Shown here one piece after another: positions 51,904-64,000 of a stretch of 64,000 bases of DNA (position 1 is the stretch's first letter; each line of letters starts with the position of its first letter). This DNA is from Octopus vulgaris (lineage: Eukaryota). Position numbers and translations under genes: made by a program. The stretch covers positions 930,001 through 994,000 of the forward strand of contig OX597818.1 of assembly GCA_951406725.2 (NCBI GenBank), read 5' to 3'. Under the pieces are notes generated by a model that saw only the letters and a list, made by a program, of their open reading frames with translations, was not told where the DNA came from and searched no databases.

Positions 51904-52700
51904 TCTCTCTATATATAAACGGCAGTTTGTCTGTCTGTGTGTTTGTGTGTCTGTCAGGTTGTACCCTCACCCTGACCACGGCTTTCAACCGATTCTGATG
52001 AAACTTGACACACACATAGCCCAATGTCATAATTAAAAACGCAGCGAAAATTTTGAAAAGTTCCCCCAGTTCTGAAAAAAAATCGATAAATTCGACATGG
52101 GTCGAGAATCTAAGCTTTTTATATGCAATACATTTTCTACAGACTGTCTAGAGGACGCAACTCGACCATTTTAACATGTGGGGTAAGTATCCCAAAATGT
52201 ATAAAAATGTACAAAAACGGCAAAAAAGGGGGCAGCAATGTGAGTGACAACAACGAAAAAGTCAAAAGTGACCAAACTGAACAAACGAATGGAAAAGGTT
52301 TTTTTGGTGTACATGACAAAAGCGGTTTATAATAAACCAAGAGTTTGCAAGTAGCGTCCGAGGACCCTTAGGGTACGTCAAAAATTTAAGGTAAAACGTT
52401 TGGGGTGGTAGTTATAAAGAAAGTGTAAACAAAAAAAGTATTCGAATAACTTGCGGCTGCAGCAGCTATTAGTAGAAGTGGGTAAAGTTGGGGGTAAAGT
52501 CTCGAATGTAATTTCTTCCTGGTAGGAATTGGTTGGGTTGAATAATCGATAGCTGTTTGATAGTTATTTGGGAGTGAAGAGAAGACATTGCAACCTTACT
52601 CATGCGCCTTCGTTCCCTAAAGGGAAAGGACTAGATCGGGATTAGTCGTTGCCTACTAGGGGCTCTTACATACCCGGGCAACGCTGGGCTATGCTGCTAG
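51904..52700 (+). mobile_element. Non-autonomous Helitron, 797 bp
   Basis: 5' TC, 3' cccgggcaacgctggg hairpin followed by CTAG, inserted between A and T without a TSD. The empty site is visible in the sibling repeat at ~51635-51668. Confidence 0.9.
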
Positions 52701-53898
52701 TATGCTATAAAACCCTTTTTGTGGTCTGAGAAATGGGGTGTGATGTGGTGGAAGCCTTGGAAATTTTACCTATTTATATTGTGTAATTCACTGACAATTT
52801 GTTTCTTTGTTGTTAAACAAATGGATTCTGAACAAAACACTTTTTTTCCTCTGCATAAAATAAAAACAAAACTCTTTCGCACCCAAAGTAATGTGTGTGT
52901 GTGAGAGAGTGGAGAGAAAGATGAATGATTTAAAATAAATATATTTTAATTGTTGTGTGAGAAAGTATATATAATCTGATTATAAAATATAGTGTCTTTC
53001 AAAAACGTCCTAAATTTGAAGACTATATCTCGTGTTTAAGAAAAAAAAACATTTTACATTTTTATTTTTGGTACACACTCGTACACACACACACACACGC
53101 ACACAAACACACACACACACACGCACACAAACACACACACACACACACACACATCCTGCCTTTCATAGATATAATACAAATTAACATTATTTGATTCTAA
53201 ATACTGGATATTGGAGGTTGTTATCAAGTAAATTAGAGATAAACTGCCAGATAACTTTGAAAATTGAATTATGATAATGGTGGTTATTTAGTGAACTTCT
53301 GATGTAGCCAGTTGGCTGATGACAGCCAAGTGAGAATCTAAAGAAAATATATTTCCTAGACACTGATATTGTAAACTATGGTACATATTGTAGAATAAAT
53401 ATTTTTAAAGTATGATGCTGTCTTAGTTATGATATCTAGGACAAACACTTTGTCAACAGCCAAGCTGTTTATAAGATTGCTTAACTAAGCTGTTGCAGAT
53501 TTTGTCATCCACTAACAGATTTTTCTGTTAAGAAGTACTCATCCTAACATCTATAACTATAAATAAGGAGTTTGAAAAATTATTAATAACTACACTAGGG
53601 TGACATATCAGTTAAATTGAGGTGAAGCAATGTTAGACATATCTTTAAACCTCTTTTGGAGCAATGAAGTTGGTTGTGCTATAGGTAAACTTTAATATTC
53701 TATCTTATGTAGTTTAGGAATCATTGTCGCCAGTGAAATTTATGCCAAGCTAGTATTATTTTTCACTAATGTGAAATCAACAGGAAAAGTTCCAACATAA
53801 CGTGATTGTGGCTAGAGCAATAGATTCATCATCATCATCATTTAACGTCCATTTCGATGCTGGCATGGGTTGGATGGTTTCATACGATCCAATGAGTC

Positions 53899-54167
53899 TG
53901 TAGTGTACACTTGAGTGAAATTCCTCTCCTCTCTATTATATATATACATATGAATGTAGTAGATAACAGCTAGCCTTTGGTCGCATTTTGGACCCCATTG
54001 TGTCTATTACTCTGATTGGTTAGTATTGGCGCAATTTGTCTCTTACTCTATTCACTCCAATATGCAACCCAACTAATTGCAGCCTTTAAATAAGGTCACG
54101 TATGACAGCTTGTTTTCTACCCAGCTTTGAGCCTACAACTCCTTATAAAAACCTTCTATTCCATTAT
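53899..54167. mobile_element. Candidate solo LTR (269 bp) inserted in an RTE-tail repeat
   Basis: Ends tgtagtg...cattata (degenerate TG...CA inverted ends), 4-bp agtc/agtt flanks; the host repeat resumes across it. Confidence 0.5.
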
Positions 54168-54379
54168 AAGTTTAAGGACTGCATCATACTCCAATGTATA
54201 CCCTTCCTAATGCCAAACAGTTTACTGAGTGTACTGAATGCTATTTTTGTGCCACCTGCACTGTTGAGGTCACAATGCTGCTTGCAGGACTATGAACATT
54301 GGGGGAAGAGGGGGCATTATCTTCATGCTAGGAAATGATGGCTTGATTATTCACATCCAGTTGGGGAAAGAGAGAGGGT

Positions 54380-54885
54380 TGCTTCTCTCTAAGGCATTAT
54401 CTTTGCTCTTGTAGCAATTTCCAACGACACTACTATGTCAGTCATTGGATATGACATCCTCCTGAATGACTTAATTAACTATCTTGGTAGTAATCTTATA
54501 TACCACTTCCCCAAATATTTTAAGTCTCTCTGTAACTATCTCTGATGAACTCATGGCTCTTCATATTATCTACTACACTGCTGTTAACTTGAATTGTAGA
54601 TCCCTCTACTGGGTCAGTGTGGGGTAATTCCTGTTTATTCCATGTGTTCGCTGCATTCAGCAGCCTTCATAATAGTACTTCTATGTCAGTTTCTCTTGTT
54701 CCATACCAATGGTGAGTTTGCTTTCACCAATGACATCTTGGTTCTCTCTCACATATTGTCTTGTACTTCTTGCCTCTGATCTATATGTTGCAGGACATGT
54801 GCAAATTGCTTCCTTTCTGCCTTGCCTATAACCAAGTACACCTGTGACTTTCATGCCCTTCTAGTCCTAAGAAAGTGCTTCCTAC
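54380..54885 (-). mobile_element. Old RTE fragment (linker/start of RT)
   Basis: Homologous to 61310-61740 (ccttgctc..gtagca, ttggatatgacatcctc, ccctctactgggtc). Confidence 0.65.
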
Positions 54886-55959
54886 TACCACGCTCTTTAC
54901 CCACCCACACGCGCAAACATATGTAGATATATATCACCATCATCATCATCATCATCATTTGACATCTTCATTCCCCCATGTTAGCATGGGTTGAATAGTT
55001 CAACAGGATCTGACTAGTTTAAAGCTGGTATTGATTTCCAATGCCTGCCTTGGTGAGATTTTGTGAATGAGTGAGCTGCAAAAACTTGCATGAGAGAGAA
55101 AATGAAATATACATATTCCATGAGAGAGAGTGAGGCAAACATATTGACATTAAGAGATTAGTGAGCTGTGAAAACTTCCATGACAAAATGATGGAGAAAC
55201 CTCTACATGGTTGCTAAGTCAGCTAAAAATAGCAGTCAAAACTCTCTGACGAGCACATCACTACCATAAAAACTTTCATGAGATAAACAAAATATGTAAA
55301 TTTCATGAGAAAGAAAAACAAAGTATTCAGATCCACAAGGCTATTGCAAGCACAGTCACAAGCAAGCCACTTATTACCTATATTCTATTTGTTTTATGTT
55401 TGAACAAGTCAGTTCTGACCGCTCACACCTACTCTACAATGTCATTCTAAAAACATACAATCACATCATTGAAATTTTGAAGATGTAAGATGATACAGGA
55501 TTAATTCAAAACAATGTGAATGAATAAGTATTACATTTGACAGAATACTCTGAATACTAAAGGGTTAAGGGCAATGTTACGTGAATGATTGAAATGATAT
55601 AAATTAAAGTTAGGAACAGATTTGTGTTTAACTTGAACATCATTTTTCATTTACCACAGGAGTGTACGGTAGTTACCAAGAGTTTGAGTAATATTAAAAC
55701 AAGTCACTTCTGTCTATATGAACGGGGGCAACAGTATGCAGAGAAAAGCTAAAAAGAAGTTGTGGGGATACTGTTTTGCATCACAAGCAAGCAAACTGCA
55801 GAAAAGCTTTCATGGGAGAGAAAATGAAATCTACAAATTTCATGACAGAGATGTTGAAGAAACCTCTATATGATTACTCAGTCAGCTAGAAATAGCAGTG
55901 AAAAGTCTCTCAGGGGCACATTGCTTGCTGCAAAATCTTTCACAAGAGAAAAATATATA

Positions 55960-57300
55960 AAGGCAAAGGAGATTTCCTTAGAGAAAAGCAATCTTAGAAG
56001 AATCAAATTACTAGATAAGGTTATGAAGGTTACAAAGAGAGTGATTAATTTGTGACAGGACAGCTGAAATGCAGTTTGATTTTGTGTCTGGAAGAGATGC
56101 TATGGATGCAATCTTCCTAGTGAGGCAACTACAGGAGAAATACTTGGCTAAGAGTAAACCATTATTCCTGGCCTTCATTGACCTGGAGAAAGTATTCAAC
56201 AGGATACCACACACAATAATCTCAGGGACATTATGGAAAATAGCTTGTGAGAACTATACAAACTCTGTACAAAGATAGTAAGTAAAGTGGTAGTCAACAA
56301 AAACTTCAGTGAGGAACTCTGCATGAAAGTTGGAATCCATCAAAGCTCAGTCCTCAGTCCTTTCCTATTCATCATTGTCCTACAGGCCACCACAGAGGAA
56401 TTTAAGACTGGCTGTCTATGGCAACTCCTGTATGCTGATGATTTAGTTCTCATAGCTGAATAAGGGAATTAGAAGCTGAACCTAGAAATGAGAGATTTCA
56501 AAGTAAACTTAGCAAAGATGAAGGTTTAAATAAGTAGAAAAGAAGATTGGACATTAGTATCTTTGAGGAAATGGCCTTGCTCAATATGCAGAAAGGAGTA
56601 GGTGTAAAAGCCATATGCTGTCCCCAATGTAAGCTATGGGCACAAGAAATGTAGCAGAGAACATAAGCTTCGTATGTGACAGTTGTGCTGGAGCAGAAGT
56701 ACATTCTACAAACACTGAAAATAAGTTCTCTTGATTGCTGAATGCTTGGATGGTTCACTAGAAGTAGTTGATATCTTTCGCTACCTAGGAGATGTCGTCA
56801 GCAAGGAAGATGGTTGTTCTGAAGGTATTGTAGCCAGAATAAAAATGGATTGGAGAAAGTTGAGGAAACTACTACCATTGCTGGCAACAAAAGTCTTTTC
56901 CCACAGAATAATGAGCAGATTGTATGATGCCTATGTTAGAACTGTAATGCAGCATGGAAGTGAGACTTTGAACACAGAAGACCTAAGAAAACTGGAAAGA
57001 AATGAAGTGAGTATGCTCCTTTGAATGTGTAATTTAAGTGTGCATGAACAATAAAGTATATGTTGAGAGGAAAACTGGGCATTGGAAAATCAGACGTGTG
57101 CAAGAAAGGAAATTGCACTGGTATGGATATGTGAAGAAGTAAAGAAGTGCTAATCACTTAAAGTGGTTGGAACCTGGGGAAGAAGGTCTCAAGAAGACAT
57201 GGAATGAAGTGGTGAAGGCTGATCTCAGGACCCTGAGCCTCCTTGAGGAGATGACAAAAAACTGGGATGTTTATTGATACTTGGTTCTTGAGAAGACCCA
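55960..57300 (+). mobile_element. Degenerate PHD-RTE copy (RT to end of ORF)
   Basis: MQFDFVSGRDAMDAIFLVRQLQEKYLAK, WQLLYADD, KWPCSICRK, FRYLGD, HGSET. Confidence 0.9.
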
Positions 57301-58019
57301 CCCATCATAATGAAGCTGACTGGAAGCAGTGTGTGTCTATATATTATATAAATGTGCACAAATAGACACCTCACTCAGTCTCCTCCTCATATTGTCTCCC
57401 ACACTGCCTATATCTCCTGCTATAACTTCCTCCACTTCCAACACCACTTTTATTTGCTGCTAAGCAGATTTATTTCACTTATTAGTCATCCTTCATCCAT
57501 TAGTATTGTTCTCTAAACCCTCATGTTACATCATCTCCTCCCCCACACTAATTGGACCACCAAATTATCTTTGCCTCTCTTTTCCCCATTCCTGCAGCCT
57601 ACCTAATGACATGTTATTTCCCCCTTATCACCGTACTCTACTATCTTTACTATCTTGTTGTTCTCTCTTTCTCTCTTCTTCCCTAATTCATACACCAAGA
57701 CACTTATGTTAGAATTGTAATACTGCATGGAAGTGAGACTTTGAACACAGAGGAACCTGAGAAAACTGAAAAGAAATGAGGTGAGCATGCTTAAATGAAT
57801 GTTCAATGAACAATAAATATAAATGTGCTGAGAGGAAAACTGGGCACTTAAAGATGTTGCATGCCTCCCCTCTCCCATTTCCCATATCTCTTGCACCCTC
57901 CCATACTCTCTTGCAAACTCCCACCCACTCACATTTCAAGTTTCTCTGTTCCCACTCACTTCTACTCACCTTGTACCTTGAAGTGCCACCTGGGCATCTC
58001 ATCACTACTGTTTATCTCT

Positions 58020-59360
58020 TTGGATATAATACTGATACATTTTAAAGATGAGTATGAAAGCAATTACACTTTCAGAGCATTCTCCTCCACTGCTAACTTG
58101 GTAGCGTTGATACTGAGAGCTATCTATTATTTCTAAGAATCTCCCCAGACATTTGAGGAAGTCTATTTCATGTACATTCTTAGTGCTTAACATATCTGCA
58201 CATCTGCCACATACAAAGACTGCTTTGTTAAATCTCTGTGATACTGCTGCAGCTATTATGTGTCTATAGCTTGCGCTGAGTACATTGTATGGAATATTTA
58301 TCAATACCTTTGCTACATGTTGAACAGGACCATCTCTATGCAGAGATTAGTAATTTGTCTGCTTTTCTACTTACTAGAACGTTGGTATTTGCTAAATTAA
58401 CCTAAAGGCCCTTTGATTTCAGTCCTTGTCTCCACACATGAAATTTCTCTCTAATTCTAGCAGATATTCATCTATAAGAACAAAGCCATCACCATAGAGA
58501 AGTTCCCAAAGGTAACCAGTCTTAAATTTCTTTATTATGGCCTGGGGGACTCTGGTAGACAAGAGAGGGCTGAAGACTCTTCCTTGATGGACTCCTGCCT
58601 GTACACCAAATTTGTAGCTATACTCTTTGCCAACTTTCACCTTATGACAGCATCCCTGTACATGGCTTGTACAGCTCCCACTAACCACTCATCTATCCTT
58701 AGCTTCCACATTGAGCACCAGATGAGGGAACAGGGTACCCTGTCAAAGGCTTTCTCCATGTTGACAAAAGCTGAGTACAGAGGTTTATATTTTGCTAAAT
58801 ACTTCTTTTGCAGTTCTTCTTTTTGTAGTTCTTCTCCCTGGCACAAGACCAAACTGCATCTCATCAAGGCTAACTCTCTTCATTATCAGTTTAGGTGTGG
58901 CCTCTGTAACTTTCATTACTTGTAATTATTTCTGTGTAAGGCACCACTATTACCTTTGTAGCAGTTGACTATAATGCTGCTACACCAGTCATTGGGGATG
59001 ATTCCCTTGTGGACTACCTGATTAACTATATTCCACTCCGCCAAAAATTTTAAGCCTCTCAGCAGTGATTCTTGGTGGGTCAGGTGCTTTCCCTGCCTTC
59101 ATAACCTTGTGTTATCTACCAGATAGCTGATCCCTCTGTTGGGTCCACATTAGGTAAACTCTCCTTCTCCCATCCATTCTCTACATTCAGCAGCTTTTCA
59201 TAGTGGCACTTCCTAGCATTTTCTTTGCAGAATCACTAAGTGCAAATGAACCATCCACCATGCAGAAAGCTTCTCTTCAACAATGTCATGATTTTCCCTA
59301 CTACAGCTCAAGTCCCTGGCCCTCATGCTGCAGAACATTGGCAAATTTCTTCCTTTTTGA
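58020..59360 (-). mobile_element. Degenerate PHD-RTE copy
   Basis: KAFDRVPCSLIW, GVHQG, WELLYGD, VFVCGRC. Confidence 0.88.
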
Positions 59361-59429
59361 TTTTATATATATTAGTAGTTTATATACATATATATATGTA
59401 TATATAAAGTTTCAAAGCTCATCAAGCTC

Positions 59430-61738
59430 CGAGAGTGTAGTGAGTGCTTTTACGTGCCACCAGCATGAGGGCCAGTTTGGTGATACTGGCAACGGCCACG
59501 CCCAAATGGTGCTTTTTATGTGCCACCTGCACAGGAGCCAGCCCAGCGGCACTGGCGACGACCTCACTCGAATGTTTCGCATGGCACCAGCACAAGTGCT
59601 AGTAAGGCGACACAGGTAACGATCACACTTGAATGGTGTGCTTAACATGCCATTGGCACAAAGGCCAGCCTGTTGCTCTGGCAATGATCTCACTTGTATG
59701 GTACTCTTAGTGCTCTACTAGCAACGGATGCCAGTCACGAGTTTGATTTCGACTTTGATTTCATTTGCCTCAACTGGTCTTCACAAGCAGAGTTTAGTGT
59801 CCAATGAAGAAAAGGCATGCATAAGTGGACTGGTTACACCCCTAGCATAGGCCACAAGGTTATGGTCACACTTGCACTTGCTGAGTCTTCTGCAGCACAG
59901 CATATTTCCAGAGGTCCCGGTCATTAGTCATTGCCTTGGTGAGGCCCACTGTTTGAAGGTCATGCTTCACCACCTCATCCTAGGTCTTCCTGGATCTACC
60001 TCTTCCACAAGTTCCCTCAACTGCTAAGGTGTGGCACTTTTTCACACAGCTATCCTCATCCATTCCCACTACATGACCATACCAGCGCAGTCATCTCTCT
60101 TGCACACCACATCTGATGCTTCTTAGGTCCAACCTTTCTCTCAGGGCACTAACACTCTGTCGAGTATGCACACTGACATTACACATCCATCGGAGCATAC
60201 TGGCTTTATTCCTTGCGAGCTTACGCATATCCTCAGCAGTCACGGCCCATGTTTCACTGCCATGTAACATGGCTGTTCGTACACATGCGTCGTACAGTCT
60301 ACCTTTTACTCTGAGCGAGAGGCCCTCTGTCACCAGCAGAGGTAAGAGCTCTCTGAACTTAGCCCAGGCTATTCTTATTATAGCAGCTACACTTTCAGTG
60401 CACCCTCCCCCGCTACTAACTTGGTCACCTAGGTAATGGAAGCTATCAGCTACTTCTAGTTTTTCTCCCTGGAATGTAACGGAAGTTGTTCTCTGCACAT
60501 TTTCAGTGTTATTTATAGCTCCCGAGCATCTGTCACATACGAAAACTATCTTCCCAGTTAGCCTTCCTTTGATATTGCTGCACCTTTTATGTGTCCATAG
60601 CTTACACTGGGTACATCCTATAGAGTTTCTACCTACGCCTTTTCTACAGATCGAGCAGGGCCATCTACCTGAAGGGATTTGTGGTTTGCCTGCCTTCCTA
60701 CTTATTAGGACTTTGGTTTTAGCTAGGTTGGCTCTAAGGCTCTTCGATTCTAATCCTTGTTTCCACACTTGAAACTTCCTCTCTAGTTCTGTTAGTGACT
60801 CAGCAATTAGAGCATGGTCATCAGCATAGAGGAGCTCCCAGGAGCATCCTGTCTTGAATTCCTCCGTTATTGCCTGGAGGACTATGATAAATAGGAGGGA
60901 GCTGAGGACTGAACCTTGGTGGACCCCTACCTCTACCTGGAATTCTTCATTGTACTCGTTGCCAACCCTCACCTTACTGACAGCATCCCTGTACATAGCT
61001 TGTACAGCTCTCACTAACCATTCATCTATCCCTAGTTTCCTCATTGACCACCAGATAAGGAATCGGGGGACCCTGTCAAAGTCTTTCTCCATGTCAATGA
61101 AAACCAGGTACAGGGGCTTATCTTTGGCTAGGTATTTCTCCTGCAGCTGTCTAACCAGAAATATAGCATCAGTGGTGCTTTTCACTGGCACGAAACCAAA
61201 CTGCATCTCATCCAAACTGACTCTCTCCCTAATTAGTTGGGCTATGACCCTCTCTGTGATCTTCATTACCTGATCCAAGAGCTTGATACCTCTGTAATTA
61301 TTTGTATCTAAAGCATCACCTTTTCCTTTGTAGCAGTTGACTATAGTGCTGCTACACCAGTCATTGAGTATGACTCCTTCGTGTATCACCTGGTTAACTA
61401 TACGGGTGACCAGGCTAATGCCAACACTGTCAGATATTTTGAGCATCTCTGCAGTAATTCCTGATGGGCGGGGGCTTTGCTTGTCTTCATACTTTTAATT
61501 GCTTTAACTACCAAGGTACTGTCAACTCGGATAGCTGGTCCCTCTGTTGGGTCGACAATCAGCAGACTCTCTTTATCCCATTCATTTTTTTTGTTCAGCA
61601 ACCTTTCATAGTGTCGTCTCCAAACCTCTCTCTTTGCAGCCTCATTTAGTGCAAGAGAACCATCATCCATGTGGACACATTTCTTTCCTACATCACGATT
61701 CTCTCTCACACTCTGTCTTGCAACACGAAATACCTCAT
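59430..61738 (-). mobile_element. Longest and best-preserved PHD-RTE LINE copy (RT ORF 60091-61446, 451 aa, plus 3' UTR repeats)
   Basis: KGKGD..NYRGI, QFGF, DMEKDFDRV, GVHQGSVLS, LYADD, C4HC3 finger (60526-60657), FHYLG. Frameshift near 61465 and CGA>TGA stop at 60091. Confidence 0.97.
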
Positions 61739-61756
61739 ATATATATATATATATAT

Positions 61757-62026
61757 ATATTATATTAAATTAGAGACAAAACCACTATGAGGCAAATCAA
61801 ACAATGAAAGACTTAAGCCAATACATATGATTAATTTATATTATTTAAATATGTAACAATTATTAAAAAATATAATTAATATCCACTACGATCATTTCCT
61901 GCCTGCTGTCTTTAAATTTTTGGTTTTGTCTCTAATTTAATATAATATAATATTACTATAAAATTGGATTCAATCCTAAATCTGATTTTTCCCTGTAAGT
62001 TTGGATTTATTCCCTAATATTTATTA
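61757..62026 (+). mobile_element. Inverted-repeat-plus-tail insertion next to (TA)n (perfect 28-bp arms 61757-61784 / 61921-61948)
   Basis: atattatattaaattagagacaaaacca ... tggttttgtctctaatttaatataatat plus a ~78-bp tail. Confidence 0.6.
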
Positions 62027-62029
62027 GAG

Positions 62030-64000
62030 AGATACCAGCTGGTCTGAGTGCTCTCTACCCACAATAACTAAAAAGACTACAGCAACTCAGGGAAACTAAG
62101 CCAGGACAACCTGCCATCCTCCACACACCATCATAAACTGCGAGCAGGGTACAAATTGTTGTCCTTAAATGCTCGCAGTTTATGCAACAAAATACATTTG
62201 TTCAACGCCTACGTCGGAAGTGTTGACCCTGACTTCATCACTGTCACGGAAACATGGGCGCATTCCTTACTCTGTGATGGGGTTTTCAACATCACGGGGT
62301 ACAACCTCTTCCGTAAGGACCGCACTAACCGCCGTGGTGGTGGTGTGATGGTCTACGTTCGTTCAAATTTTTTGGTAATTCTTTGTGCCGATTTGAACGA
62401 ATCACAAGAAGAAGTTTTTTTCTGTGACGTACGTATGACCATGTCAACACTCCTGCTTGGCGTTGTTTATCGTCCCCCAAATTACCATCAGGACACACAG
62501 CTTTGCAACATCCTCCGAGCTGCAGCCAGGAAAACAGCCACTTATGTGTTTATTGCAGGCGATTTCAATCATCCTGAGATCGATTGGGAAACCTTCCGTT
62601 GGCCACAGAGTGCAAACGATTTTGTTGAGCATGTGCTGGACTCAAACTGATCACAAGTAGTCACCTCTCCAACAAGAGGCGACAACACCTTGGACCTGCT
62701 CTTCACCACAACTCCTGAAGCGGTTATCAATTGCACTACGGAGGAACCTCTAGGTGACTCTGATCATGCTATGATCATCGCCAATCTGGCTCTTGCGGGC
62801 AACAAACACCTGAACCATCTCCAATCTGCTTCCTTCGATTGGAAGAGAGCAGATTGGAACCTGTACCACACTGAACTACAGCACCCAAACTGGCGTGAAT
62901 TCTACAACTCTGGAGATGTGAATACTATACTCCAGAGTATCCTGGACTCAATATGGACAGCATGTGCAGCATCAGTGCCATGTAAACAAAAAAAGAAGAA
63001 CCGCCCCAAAAGGGCAATTTGGGAAACTTCAGCGGTCCGACTTGCCAGGAAGGAACGTCGGACTGCTGAACAGGAATACAAGTTGCATAAATCAGACACC
63101 AACAGGAAGAAGCGGAATAAATCCTCCAACCATCTCAAGCAAGTGACAAAAAATGCAGTGCTTGAATTTGAACAGTGCATAGCAGCCAATCCTGACAGCA
63201 AGGTTTTCTGGAAATATGTGCATTCAAAGCAGAGACCTCACTCTCCAGTGGGCCCTCTTCGCAACCATCACATGAACCAGATCACTGACGACCCCAAGGA
63301 ATGCGCAGAACTCATTGCCGAGTGCTATGCAAACATATTCACTGTCGAAAGTCAAAATGTACCATCTTCACCATCACTAACAGCAAACTCCATAACAACT
63401 ATGGAATTTACACCTACAATGCTGCGATGTCACCTTCAAAATAAGTGCAACTATGCCTCCCCTGGTCTCGATGGAGTTACATACCTGCTTCTCAAACGTG
63501 GCAGGCACTTCCTTTTACACCAGCTTTCTATTTTCTTCCAGTACTGTCTCAACAATAGTGCTACTCCGGAGCAGTGGAAAACTGCCAGTGTCATTCCTCT
63601 GTTCAAAAAGGGTGACCGCACATCACCTGTCAACTATCGCCCAGTCAGTCTCACTAGCTGTATTGCAAAACTGATGGAATCGTGTGTCAGAGAAACACTC
63701 TGGAACTTCTGGAGCTCTCACAGTCTCATCCGACCCTCACAATATGGATTTGTCCCTAACTCCAGCTGCAGTGACCAGCTTGTCGAGTTCCTTGAGGACA
63801 TTACTCAGATCACTGACAGTGGCTCATGGGTGGATGTTGTCTACCTTGACTTTGCTAAGGCTTTCAACTCTGTGCCACACAAAAGGCTTATGGTGAAACT
63901 CTCTGCAATGGGTGTGGGGGATGACCTTTTTAACTGGTTGAAATCCTTCATCCTCAGCCGAAAGGAGGTAGTCACAGTTCTAGGACAGCACTCTACACCA
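62030..64000 (+). mobile_element. CR1-clade LINE, ORF2 (AP endonuclease + RT) nearly intact, runs off the window
   Basis: LNARSL, VTETW, RKDR..RRGGGV, YRPP, GDFN, LDL, SDH, then PGLDG, KKGD..NYRPVSLTS, QYGF, YLDFAKAFNSVPH. By manual translation the frame is open from 62072 to 64000 except for a TGA at 62648. Confidence 0.95.

Larger units (their letters stand above)
50646..53169 (-). mobile_element. Internally deleted Helitron carrying a helicase fragment, hosting a second Helitron
   Basis: Minus strand: A|TCTATGAAAGGCAGG-(TG)n at 53169, internal repeats, PIF1 fragment, ending ...GTGGCACTAGCACTAG|T at 50646. Boundaries are inferred. Confidence 0.6.

Noticed and set aside
55400-55568. piggyBac-like MITE ending ...aaagggTTAA
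   Set aside because: Only one terminus is visible; no matching left TIR or TTAA was found.
60116-61273. Long antisense ORFs over RT and helicase regions (also 50686-51138 and 5543-5890)
   Set aside because: Shadow frames of real coding sequence on the opposite strand.

Overview
AT-rich, repeat-dense animal genomic DNA. The C2H2 finger style, SINE/RTE families and microsatellite load point to a coleoid cephalopod, probably Octopus (inference). There are two host genes: an intronless RING + NHL-type beta-propeller E3-ligase-like ORF without a B-box (4860-6308, +) and an 11-finger C2H2 zinc-finger gene (31374-32306, -) whose non-coding first exon and promoter probably lie near 41.6 kb. The rest is mostly transposon debris: two mariners, MITEs, tRNA-derived SINEs, nested Helitrons (one with a PIF1 helicase fragment), a near-intact CR1 ORF2 running off the right edge and many RTE-clade LINE copies. 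The dominant RTE family has a C4HC3 PHD finger inserted inside its RT domain. Several unrelated 'inverted repeat + one-sided tail' elements sit in or near (TA)n/(CA)n tracts. One inverted-repeat-bracketed element carries a Penelope-like GIY-YIG nuclease whose two signature motifs are separated by about 130 low-complexity codons. No CRISPR, rRNA or true tRNA genes were seen. All family names come from motif recognition, not database searches.
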